Assembly (NCBI GenBank): GCA_963748625.1
Contig: CAVVJT010000007.1
Coordinates: 192,001-256,000, forward strand
DNA: 64,000 bases
From: an uncultured Chloroflexia bacterium
Lineage (GTDB): Bacteria > Chloroflexota > Limnocylindria > Limnocylindrales > CSP1-4
Direction of reading: 5' to 3'
In this document: positions 50,322 through 58,840 of the stretch, in pieces
How the letters are laid out: every line of letters begins with the position of its first letter
How positions within the stretch are numbered: the stretch's first letter is position 1
Notes under the pieces: model-generated
Databases searched by the model: none
The model's input: the letters and a program-made list of their open reading frames with translations, nothing else
What the model was told of the DNA's origin: nothing
Translations under genes and position numbers: made by a program

Positions 50322-51083
50322 TCACCACATCACCATGCCGCCGTCAGCGTTGATCACCTGCCCCGTGACGTAGGCGGCCTCGTCGGAGAGCAGCCAGGCG
50401 ACGATCGCCGCCATCTCGGCCGGCAGGCTGGACCGGCCCATCGGCACCGTCCGGAGCCGGGCCTCCGCAAGCTCGTCACGACTGATCCCGCGCGACGCCG
50501 CCACCTCGTTGAGCACGCGCTCCTGCATGGGGGTGTCGGTGATGCCGGGGCTCAGCGCGTTGACCCGGATCCCCCGCGGCGCGTAGGCCATCGCGAAGGA
50601 GCGGGTCACCTGCGATACCGCCGCCTTGCTGATCGCGTAGGCCGCCGCCTCCGTCGTCGCCACGAGCTTGGCAGAGGGTGACGAGAAGTTCACGATCGAC
50701 CCGCCATCGCGCATCCGCTCGCCCAGCTCCTGGCACAGGAAGAAGGCGGACTCCACGTTGACGGCGAACACGCGCCGGAGGTCGTCGGTGTCCACCTCGC
50801 TGATCGGGCGCAGGACGATCGTCCCTGCGGCGTTGACCAGCCAGTCGAGGGGGGCGTCGACCGCCACCAGCATCTCGTCCGTCGCCGCCACGACCGACGC
50901 GCGGCCCGCCGGGGTGGACAGGTCGGCAGCGACCGTCCGCGCACCTTGTTCCGCCAGCCCGGCGAGGCCCTCAGGCCGCACATCGGTCGCCAGGACGGAA
51001 TGCCCTCGTGCGAGGAGCAGCGCCGCCGTCGCCTGCCCGATCCCGCTGGCGGCTCCGGTGACAACGGCGTGCCTGATGTCCAT
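50322..51083 (-). CDS. SDR family oxidoreductase (paralog of 39182-39928)
   Basis: TGAASGIG, NAAG, YAISK, and the shared SS.SAKL..TTE segment. Confidence 0.92.
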   Translation of the reverse strand: MDIRHAVVTGAASGIGQATAALLLARGHSVLATDVRPEGLAGLAEQGARTVAADLSTPAGRASVVAATDEMLVAVDAPLDWLVNAAGTIVLRPISEVDTDDLRRVFAVNVESAFFLCQELGERMRDGGSIVNFSSPSAKLVATTEAAAYAISKAAVSQVTRSFAMAYAPRGIRVNALSPGITDTPMQERVLNEVAASRGISRDELAEARLRTVPMGRSSLPAEMAAIVAWLLSDEAAYVTGQVINADGGMVMW

Positions 51084-51135
51084 GCGGCCACTCCCCTTCC
51101 GGGCGACCCCGACCTCGTCGCCCGGCGTACCGGGC

Positions 51136-51149
51136 TGGTTACGTTTCCA
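51136..51149. promoter_or_regulatory. LacI-type operator, copy 4
   Basis: TGGTTACGTTTCCA within a ~40-bp block nearly identical to 49042-49083. Confidence 0.7.
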
Positions 51150-51175
51150 GAGCCACGCTACCATACGGCTACGCT

Positions 51176-51217
51176 GCGCACGCCGCGCACGGCGCGCACG
51201 GCGCGCACGGCGCGCAC
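51176..51217. repeat. 9-bp tandem repeat GCGCACGGC
   Basis: About 4.7 units in the divergent intergenic region. Confidence 0.8.
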
Positions 51218-51239
51218 TCGCGGCACCAGGGGAGGGCGG

Positions 51240-52163
51240 ATGAGAGTCGGCATCGACAGCTACTCCTACCATCGGCGGTACGGAGAGACACGCGTGGGCG
51301 AACTGCCGCACCCCGATCGCTGGCCGCTCGAGCCATCCGCCGCCATCGCGCACGCACGAGCCCTGGGCGTGGACGACCTCTTCCTTGAGACGTGCTACCT
51401 GCCGGGTCCGGGTGAAGCTGCCGCCAGCCTCGGTGCGACGGCACCGCTGCGCGTCGGCTTCTCCTGGGGCCATCCCTGGCCGGACGGGCAGTTCCATGGC
51501 CTGGAGGGTGGGCGCCAGCCCGGCGCCGAGGTGGACCTCGCACGGTGGATCGACGCAGCATCGAGCCTTGGCCATCCGATCCTGCGTATCACGGCGGGCA
51601 GCCCGGCCAGCCGTGGTGACGAGCCTGCCGACGTTCTCGTGCGCCGCCTCGTCGACCCCGTTCGTCGGGCGGTGGACCTGGCCACCTCGGCCGGGGTCCG
51701 CCTCGCGCTCGAGAACCACGGCGACCTGCGGGCTGCGGACATCCTCGACCTGATCGAGCGCGTTGGAAGCCCGGGGCTCGGCGTCTGCCTCGACAACGTG
51801 AACCTCATCCGCGTCGGGGACGACATGCTCGCCGGCACGAGGGCCCTGGCTCCCCACACGCTCCTGGTGCAGCTCAAGGACCACCTGCCGGGCGACCCGA
51901 CTGTCGTCGGAGGCCCGGTCTGCACCGCCCTCGGCGAGGGCGTGGCACCACTCGATGCGATCCTCGAGGTGCTCGACGACGCAGGATTCGGGGGAGCCGT
52001 GTGCGTGGAGCTTGCCTCGCTGGGAGGCGGGGACGTGGATGAGATGGCGTTGATCGAGCAGAGCGTCACCTGGCTGCGGGAGCACGTGCCGCAGGCGGTC
52101 GGAAGCACGCGTCGAACAGCCCGCATGGGGGTTGACGAGTTGCCAGATTGTCCTACAGTCTGA
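51240..52163 (+). CDS. Xylose isomerase-like TIM barrel (sugar phosphate isomerase/epimerase family)
   Basis: LALENHGD, GVCLDNVN, QLKD, LGEG and CVE. Confidence 0.85.
   Translation: MRVGIDSYSYHRRYGETRVGELPHPDRWPLEPSAAIAHARALGVDDLFLETCYLPGPGEAAASLGATAPLRVGFSWGHPWPDGQFHGLEGGRQPGAEVDLARWIDAASSLGHPILRITAGSPASRGDEPADVLVRRLVDPVRRAVDLATSAGVRLALENHGDLRAADILDLIERVGSPGLGVCLDNVNLIRVGDDMLAGTRALAPHTLLVQLKDHLPGDPTVVGGPVCTALGEGVAPLDAILEVLDDAGFGGAVCVELASLGGGDVDEMALIEQSVTWLREHVPQAVGSTRRTARMGVDELPDCPTV
52132..52159 (+). promoter_or_regulatory. Promoter with embedded GntR-type operator, copy 7
   Basis: TTGACG-AGTTGCCAGATTGTCC-TACAGT. Confidence 0.82.
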
Positions 52164-52255
52164 GGGACGGAATGGGTGTGTCGGCATCGCCCGATGGGCC
52201 CCGTCATCGGTAGTGGTCCGCCCGACAGGGCGGTCGTGAAAGGGGTCGAGCGCAC

Positions 52256-53323
52256 ATGGCAAAACTCAGGCTGGGTGTGATCGGGGCCGGCTCGTGGACC
52301 GTCAGCTCCCACCTCCCCTTCCTCGCCGCGCATCGCGACGAGGTCGAGTTCACGATCATCAACCGGCGCAACCCGGAGCTCCTCAAGAAGATCCAGGGCA
52401 AGTTCGACTTCAAGGAGGCGACGACCGACTGGCACGAGGTGATCGAGTCCAAGCCGGACATCGTCGTGGTCGGCAGCCCGCCCGGATACCACCACGACCA
52501 GGCCAAGGCGGCGCTCGAGGCCGGCGCGCACGTCATGTGCGAGAAGCCGTTCACCATCGCCCCAGGGGATGCCTGGGATCTCGCCCAGACGGCGGAGCGG
52601 ACCGGGAAGGCCCTGATCCTCGCCTATGGGTGGAACTACCGGCCCATGGTCATCCAGGCCCACCGGATGATGCACGAGGACGGGGGCGTCGGCGAGATCG
52701 AGCACGTCGCCCTTCACATGGACTCCGTGACCCGCGAGCTCCTGTCCGAGACGGGTGCCTACCCGGCGGCCGACCCGGAGCTGGTCCCGCAAGCCGACAC
52801 GTGGTCCCGGCCGGAGACGTCGGGGGGCGGATACGGTCAGGCGCAGCTCACCCACCTGCTGGGCGTCTCGCTGTGGATCACCGACCTCCGCGGGCAGGAC
52901 GTGTTCGCTCTCATGTCGGCTCCGCTGGGCGCCGCCGTGGAACTCCATGATGCCGTCGCGATGCGCTACACGAACGGCGCGATCGGCACCATGAGCGGCG
53001 CGTCCAGCCACCTCGGCGGCGCGAACAACCGGCATGCGGTCGAGGTTCGGGTCGTAGGGTCGAAGGGCATGTTCCACCTCGATCTCCGCGAGAACCTGCT
53101 GTGGCGCTACCGGAACCCGCAGGACGACGTCCGTGTGCCGCTCGAGGCGGACGCCGGGCTGTACAACTGCCAGGGCCCGATCGATGCGCTTATCGAGGCC
53201 GGCATGGGCCGGCCGTTCGCGAACAACTCGCCCGCCGAGCTGGGAGCGAGGACGGTCGAGATCCTCGACGCGGCCTACCGGAGCGCCGCGTCGGGCGTCC
53301 TGGAGCACGTGAAGCAGGGCTGA
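52256..53323 (+). CDS. Gfo/Idh/MocA family oxidoreductase (paralog of 43977-45083)
   Basis: LGVIGAG, HVMCEKP and SGGGYGQAQLTH. Confidence 0.92.
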   Translation: MAKLRLGVIGAGSWTVSSHLPFLAAHRDEVEFTIINRRNPELLKKIQGKFDFKEATTDWHEVIESKPDIVVVGSPPGYHHDQAKAALEAGAHVMCEKPFTIAPGDAWDLAQTAERTGKALILAYGWNYRPMVIQAHRMMHEDGGVGEIEHVALHMDSVTRELLSETGAYPAADPELVPQADTWSRPETSGGGYGQAQLTHLLGVSLWITDLRGQDVFALMSAPLGAAVELHDAVAMRYTNGAIGTMSGASSHLGGANNRHAVEVRVVGSKGMFHLDLRENLLWRYRNPQDDVRVPLEADAGLYNCQGPIDALIEAGMGRPFANNSPAELGARTVEILDAAYRSAASGVLEHVKQG

Positions 53324-53451
53324 GCAACGGCCGGTCCCGCTCGCATCGCCGAGCGGGACCGGCGCTCCCCGGCCGATCGGAGGTAACCGGGGTGCATCCC
53401 CGCGATGTGGTTCGCGCTGCCCAGGGCCGCGACCACGGGAGGCTCTTGCAG

Positions 53452-55428
53452 GTGACCGAGAACCCCGCATCCGCGAACCCACGGATCCTGACCGGTCGCC
53501 CGGCGCCCGCTCGCGAGCCGCTGGTCCTCCGGGCCGGGCCCGTGACGGCGCTCCTGGATGGCGCCGACCTGCGCCACGTCCGTGTCGGCGACACCGAGAT
53601 TGTCCAGCGCGTGTACATGGCGCTTCGCGACGCCCAGTGGAACACGATCCCCGCGGCGTGCTCGAACTGGCAGCTCGACGTGGGTCCAGACCGGTTCCAC
53701 GTTGCGTTCGATGCCCGCCATACGCACGAGTCCATCGACTTCACCTGGCGCGGCGTGATCGACGGGGCACCCGACGGAACGATCAACTATGTGCTCGACG
53801 GGACGTGTCACGGCCTCTTCCGCTACTGCAAGATCGGCTTCAACGTCCACCACCCCCTCGACGGAGCGATCGGGCGGCGCTACCGGGCCACGACCGTGCA
53901 CGGTGATGTCCGCGGCGTCCTGCCGGAAGCGATCGACCCCCAGCGCATCGTCGATGGGAAGCTGTCAGGCATGTTCGAGCCCTACCAGGCGATTGCGATC
54001 GAGGTCGCCGACGGGCTGGAGGCGGTCGTGGCGCTGGAGGGCGACCTTCTCGAGCTGCAGGACCACCGCAACTGGGCCGATGGCAACTTCAAGTCGTATG
54101 CGACGCCGCTGGCCCTGGGGTTTCCCTTCGAGTCCGCGGACGGCCAGCGGATCCGGCAGGTGCTGACCATCGGGTTCCATGGCTCCATCCCATCCCCGAT
54201 GCCGCACGAGCCCACGACCATCCAGATCGGCGACGCGTGCGGCCCGATGCCGGCCGTGGGTTTCGGGCAGCCGAGCCATCGCGAGCCACTCAGCCCCCGC
54301 GAGGCGAGTCGGCTGGCGGCGCTACGCCCCGCGCACCTGCGCGTGGACCTCGTCGCCAACGACCCCGAGGGGTCCACCGTCCTCGAGCGCGCCGCCTCGG
54401 ATGCGCGTGCCGTCGGGGCGACGCTGGAGGTCGCCGTGCACGCGAACGACGCCAGCGGCCCCGCGCTCGCCACCCTCGCCGAGCGCCTCCGTGCGGTCGA
54501 TGTCCGCGTCTCACGGGTCCTCGTGTACTTCCTTGCCGAGGGCTACAGTGCAACCGCCGGCCTGACGCCGGCGGCGGTCGTCCGGCTGGTCCGGGAGCAC
54601 CTCGAGCCGGTCACGGGCCAGGTGCCGTTCGCCGGGGGGAGCAACCAGACCTTCAGCGACATCAACCGCGAGCGGCCGTCCGACCCCGCGCTCACCGGCC
54701 TGTGCTTCCCGGTCTGTCCCACGGTCCACGCAGACGACGACGCGTCGATCGTGGAGAACCTGGTCGGGATGTCCGAGGTCGTGCGGATGGCCAGGTCGTT
54801 CGCGGACGGCCGACCGATCTCGGTGAGCCCGGTGACGATCGCCACGCGATTCGGGCCGTATCCCGGTGGTCCGTCCACGCCGGATGCCCTTCCGGCCGCG
54901 GTCGATGTCCGCCAGGCCTCCCTGCTCGGTGCCGCATGGACAGCCGCGTGCATCCGGCACCTGGCCATCTCCGGCACCGCGAGCGTGACGTTCTTCGAGA
55001 CGAGCGGCTGGCGCGGCGTCCTCGAGCGCGACAACGGATCGCCCGATGCGCGGTTCCCGTCGCGGCCGGGCGACGTGTTCCCCATGTACCACGTCTTCCG
55101 GGACATCGCCGAGCTGCGCGACGGCGCCGTGCTCGCAACAAGGTCGAACAGGCCGCTGGTTGCGGAGGGCCTGGCGATTGGCGATGGATCCGGCGTCCAT
55201 GTCCTGATCGCCAACCTGACGCCCGCGCCGCAGCGGATCGTCGTCACCGGCTTGGGGAACGGACCAGTGTGGTGCCGCATCCTGGATGCTGCGACGGCGG
55301 ACGCGGCAATGGCGGACCCCGACGCGTTCCGGCTGAACCGGCAGGCGGCAGGCACGAGCACAGGCCTGCTGACGCTGGACTTGGAGGCCTATGCCGTTGC
55401 GAGGCTCGACGCCGCGACATCCACGTAG
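53452..55428 (+). CDS. D-apionate lactonase (ApnL)-like protein
   Basis: Recalled family pattern: LRAGP...LRH....E......RD..W.T, IGFNVHHP, EL.DHRNWADGNFKSYATPL and VHA.DD.SI.E. Not verified by a search. Confidence 0.6.
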   Translation: MTENPASANPRILTGRPAPAREPLVLRAGPVTALLDGADLRHVRVGDTEIVQRVYMALRDAQWNTIPAACSNWQLDVGPDRFHVAFDARHTHESIDFTWRGVIDGAPDGTINYVLDGTCHGLFRYCKIGFNVHHPLDGAIGRRYRATTVHGDVRGVLPEAIDPQRIVDGKLSGMFEPYQAIAIEVADGLEAVVALEGDLLELQDHRNWADGNFKSYATPLALGFPFESADGQRIRQVLTIGFHGSIPSPMPHEPTTIQIGDACGPMPAVGFGQPSHREPLSPREASRLAALRPAHLRVDLVANDPEGSTVLERAASDARAVGATLEVAVHANDASGPALATLAERLRAVDVRVSRVLVYFLAEGYSATAGLTPAAVVRLVREHLEPVTGQVPFAGGSNQTFSDINRERPSDPALTGLCFPVCPTVHADDDASIVENLVGMSEVVRMARSFADGRPISVSPVTIATRFGPYPGGPSTPDALPAAVDVRQASLLGAAWTAACIRHLAISGTASVTFFETSGWRGVLERDNGSPDARFPSRPGDVFPMYHVFRDIAELRDGAVLATRSNRPLVAEGLAIGDGSGVHVLIANLTPAPQRIVVTGLGNGPVWCRILDAATADAAMADPDAFRLNRQAAGTSTGLLTLDLEAYAVARLDAATST

Positions 55429-55444
55429 GTCCAGGGGCCGCCAG

Positions 55445-56560
55445 TCAGGCCTGGCCGCCCTCCGGCAGCGTTCCGGGCTGGATCACGGGCAGCGCCGGCT
55501 TGGTCCGCCCGATCCGCTCGTACTCGCGCTCGGGGATCGCCTCCAGGGTTTTCCAGACCGTCCACTTGCAGGAGGGAGGTGACGTGGGCTGGCCTGGTCC
55601 CTGCCAGAGCGGCGGGTCCACGGTGCGCACGGGGTGACCCCATCGCTCCGCGGGCAGGATCGACAGCGTGTAGCTGCAGTGGGCGCAGTAGTAGCAGACC
55701 CCCTTCTCGCCCCACGACCAGTCGTGGGCCTCCTGCGTGACCCCAAACTCGTAGGGGGCCAGCACGCGCGACCCCGTCCCCTCGATCGGGTCCCCACGCA
55801 TGCTCCGACCGCCTGACCCGCACGGGTCGAAGCTCAGCTCCCAGCGATCCTCGAACTCCGTGAGGTTGGTGTCCCCACGGCGCTCCGTACCCACGAGGTG
55901 CGCGCGCATCGACTCGAGCGAGATGTAGAGGTTCCGCGCGAGCGTGTCGGCGTACGGACGGGTGCGTACGTCGAACACCATGTAACGCTCCTGGATGAAC
56001 GGCTCCAGGACAGAGCGGTAGCACGGATCGAGGGCATCCTCACCAAAGCGCCGGGCGACCCAGGCCAGCACACCGGCCATGAGATCCGCGTTGCGGTCGT
56101 GGAGCCGGCGCCAGTCGCCGAGCAGGTTCTCGACCTCCTCGTCCGCGTCCGCAACGGTCATGTCATAGCTCCGGATCCCATTGCCCAGCCTGCCGGCGCG
56201 CTCGCCAAGGTCGGCCCACCTGGCGCGGGTGTCGAGCGGCGTGCCATCGGGGTATGCCAGCAGCCTGGCGAGAGACTCGAGCTCGTCCGTGATCTCGGCC
56301 TCCGTCACGCCCTGGGCCCGGAGCCAGTCCAGGAAGCCGTCGGTCCAGACCCGGTAGATCAGGTAGATGATCTTGGCCTCCTCCATGAAGGAGTCCACCA
56401 GTTGGGCTGCCACCTCACGCCGCCCGGCGTTAGGGCCGAACGTGTCGCCTGCCTCCGCCAGCACCTCGTGGATCTTGGTGACGGTCGAGATCGCCTGGTC
56501 TGACCAGTCGCCCGTCCGGATGCGCTTGCCGATCTCGTCGGACCAGGTGAGGTGGGACAC
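55445..56560 (-). CDS. Hypothetical protein with a Cys/His motif (paralog A)
   Basis: 371 aa, GGAGG RBS, motifs HDR, E.MR.H, DPCGSGGR, CYYCAHC and CKW. Confidence 0.8.
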   Translation of the reverse strand: MSHLTWSDEIGKRIRTGDWSDQAISTVTKIHEVLAEAGDTFGPNAGRREVAAQLVDSFMEEAKIIYLIYRVWTDGFLDWLRAQGVTEAEITDELESLARLLAYPDGTPLDTRARWADLGERAGRLGNGIRSYDMTVADADEEVENLLGDWRRLHDRNADLMAGVLAWVARRFGEDALDPCYRSVLEPFIQERYMVFDVRTRPYADTLARNLYISLESMRAHLVGTERRGDTNLTEFEDRWELSFDPCGSGGRSMRGDPIEGTGSRVLAPYEFGVTQEAHDWSWGEKGVCYYCAHCSYTLSILPAERWGHPVRTVDPPLWQGPGQPTSPPSCKWTVWKTLEAIPEREYERIGRTKPALPVIQPGTLPEGGQA

Positions 56561-56619
56561 CGTGCGAAGCCTCCGTCGTAGCTGGGTCCGCGACTCCGTC
56601 GCTGCGGCGGATCACGGGG

Positions 56620-56633
56620 TGGTAACGATTGCA
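56620..56633. promoter_or_regulatory. LacI-type operator, copy 5
   Basis: TGGTAACGATTGCA, downstream of a minus-strand TGGTATGCT -10. Confidence 0.68.
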
Positions 56634-56746
56634 GCGCCGCTGGCGAGCATACCACTCGCCGGCTCGGTCGCGGGCCCTGTGGACCCGTGAACGCGGCGCC
56701 GGGGAGGAGGTCCGGCGCCGCGTCCAACAGGCTTGGCAAACGGAGG

Positions 56747-57862
56747 TCAGCCCGCGCCAGGCAACCCGGCGTTCAGGACCGGCAGCTCGCGCGCACCCAT
56801 GGCCCGCGAGCCGAAGGCCGTCGGCTTGGTGCGCCCGACGCGCTCGTAGTACTCCTCGGGGACCGCGGTCGGGTCCTTGAACATCTGCCACTGGCACTTC
56901 TGCCGGACGGCGGGGTCGGGGTCCGTGTCCGGATACGTGGGCGGATCGATCACGCGCACGGGATACCCGAAGCGGTCGATCGGCATCTCCTCCATGAGGA
57001 CGATGCAGTGCGCGCAGTAGAGGCAGACCCCGGGCGTGTAGTGGTTCCAGGTGTGCCGCTCCTGGGTGACCGCCCAGTTGTAGGGCGCCTCCATGCGCGC
57101 AGGCGTCCGCTCGATCCAGTCGCCGCGAAGTGTCCGGCCGCCCGAACCGCAGGCGTCGAAGCGCAGGATGTAGCGGTCCTCGAGCTCGATCAGCTCGAAG
57201 TCGCCCGTCCGCTCAGGGCCGACGAGGTGCCCGCGCATCGCCTCACAGGCGACGAGCATCAGCGTCTCGAGCGCCTCATCCCAGGGATGCTTGTCGATGT
57301 CGAACTTCTCGTAGCGCCACACGAACAGCGGCATCAGCACGCGGTCGTACATGTCGCGCACGGCCGGCTCACCCAGCTCCTCGAGCACCAGCGACATGAG
57401 CGCGTAGGTGTGATCGACATCCCGATCGTGGCACTGGCGCCACGTCTCCTTGGAGACGTCCAGGAGCCGCTTGGCCTCATCGGGCTGCTCGCGGTAGGTG
57501 GCGGCCGTCGTCTGCTGCATCTCGCTTAGGAACCGGTCCCAGTGGCGCCGCGGCTGCCACGGCGAACCGTCCGGCAGCTGTGCGACGCGGACCGCCTGCG
57601 CGTGGCGGTCGGCGATCGTGGCGGCATCCACTCCCCTGTCGGCGAGGTAGCCGCTCAGGTCGCTGATCCACTGGCGGTACAGGGTGAAGCAGACGTTGGC
57701 CTCATCGATGAAGTACGCCTCGAGCTCGGCCGCGTTGTCCCAGCGGCTCTCCTCGAGCGCCTCGCAGATCTTCCGGTAGGTCGAGATCTTCTGGTCTTCC
57801 CAGGTACCCAGCCGTACCCGGCGTCCCAGGAGCTCGGTGAAGGCGATCTTCGTCTCGGCCAC
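56747..57862 (-). CDS. Hypothetical protein with a Cys/His motif (paralog B)
   Basis: 371 aa, motifs HDR, E.MR.H, DACGSGGR, CLYCAHC and CQW; colinear with paralog A. Confidence 0.8.
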   Translation of the reverse strand: MAETKIAFTELLGRRVRLGTWEDQKISTYRKICEALEESRWDNAAELEAYFIDEANVCFTLYRQWISDLSGYLADRGVDAATIADRHAQAVRVAQLPDGSPWQPRRHWDRFLSEMQQTTAATYREQPDEAKRLLDVSKETWRQCHDRDVDHTYALMSLVLEELGEPAVRDMYDRVLMPLFVWRYEKFDIDKHPWDEALETLMLVACEAMRGHLVGPERTGDFELIELEDRYILRFDACGSGGRTLRGDWIERTPARMEAPYNWAVTQERHTWNHYTPGVCLYCAHCIVLMEEMPIDRFGYPVRVIDPPTYPDTDPDPAVRQKCQWQMFKDPTAVPEEYYERVGRTKPTAFGSRAMGARELPVLNAGLPGAG

Positions 57863-57899
57863 GGGTCAGCCCCCTGGAGGTAGACTTCGGCGACGTTTC

Positions 57900-57913
57900 T
57901 GGTAGCGATTGCA
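57900..57913. promoter_or_regulatory. LacI-type operator, copy 6
   Basis: TGGTAGCGATTGCA, downstream of a minus-strand TGGTACGCT -10. Confidence 0.68.
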
Positions 57914-57971
57914 GCGCCGTCGCGGAAGCGTACCATGCCGTTCGACAACCGTCACCAGGAGGATGTGCGAC

Positions 57972-58817
57972 GTGGCGCCGGCAGCCGTCCTCGCGATGCT
58001 CGCCGCGGTCGCCAACGCCCTGGTGGCCATCATCAGCAAGGGCCTGGCGACGCGCCTGCCGGCACGCCAGCTGATCGGCGCCCTCTACGCCTGCAATGCG
58101 CTTATCCTGCTGCCGCTCGCACCGTTCGTGGAGTGGCGCTGGAGCCCGACGATCGTGGCGCTGCACATCGTCTCCGTGGTGCTGATGGCCGTCACCGCCA
58201 TCTCGGTGTGGGACATGTTCGATGCCGGCACGGCCTCCGCCACCACGACGGCGACCGCGCTCAGCCCGATCCCCGCGGCGATCGGTGCGGCGGTGCTCGT
58301 ACCTGCGTCGATCCGGCCGATCCAGGTCCTGGCCGCGGTGCTTGTCACGCTGGCGGTGCTCATGGCCCTGCGGGACCAGTTCGGGCCGCTGGGCCGGCGA
58401 GGGACGCTGCTGCGTGTGCTGGGGGCTGCAACAGGGGCGGGGCTCCTGACGGTGGTGACGCGCCTGCTTGGCGACCAGGGCGTCGGCGTCGTGGAGACCT
58501 ACGTCGTGCGGACGACGCTCGCGGCCGCGGTGTTCATCATGCTGTTCCCGCCCAGGGACATCCCGGTCCGGGCCACACCGCGGTTGTTCGGCCGGGCCGT
58601 CGTGGTCACCACCTACTTCGTCCTGGCGATCCTGGCCGCCCAACAGGGCAGCCCGGTGGTGGTCCAGACCTGCCTCGCCGCGACGCCGTTGATGGTCCTC
58701 GCCTGGGAGTCATGGCGAGCCCGCCGGCGGCCGCCTGCCGGGATCCTGGCGGCGGCGGCGCTGGTTGCCGTGGGCGTGGCGGTCAGCCTCTGGCTCTCGA
58801 GGCCGCGGCGCTGGTGA
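57972..58817 (+). CDS. EamA/DMT-like membrane transporter
   Basis: About 10 hydrophobic segments in two repeats; GTG after AGGAGG. Confidence 0.7.
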   Translation: MAPAAVLAMLAAVANALVAIISKGLATRLPARQLIGALYACNALILLPLAPFVEWRWSPTIVALHIVSVVLMAVTAISVWDMFDAGTASATTTATALSPIPAAIGAAVLVPASIRPIQVLAAVLVTLAVLMALRDQFGPLGRRGTLLRVLGAATGAGLLTVVTRLLGDQGVGVVETYVVRTTLAAAVFIMLFPPRDIPVRATPRLFGRAVVVTTYFVLAILAAQQGSPVVVQTCLAATPLMVLAWESWRARRRPPAGILAAAALVAVGVAVSLWLSRPRRW

Positions 58818-58840
58818 GGCCCGGCGCCGGGGGTCGCGCC

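Noticed and set aside
52100-52163. C-terminal tail of the TIM-barrel ORF as a functional domain
   Set aside because: It overlaps promoter copy 7 and is probably run-on sequence or the result of a lost earlier stop.
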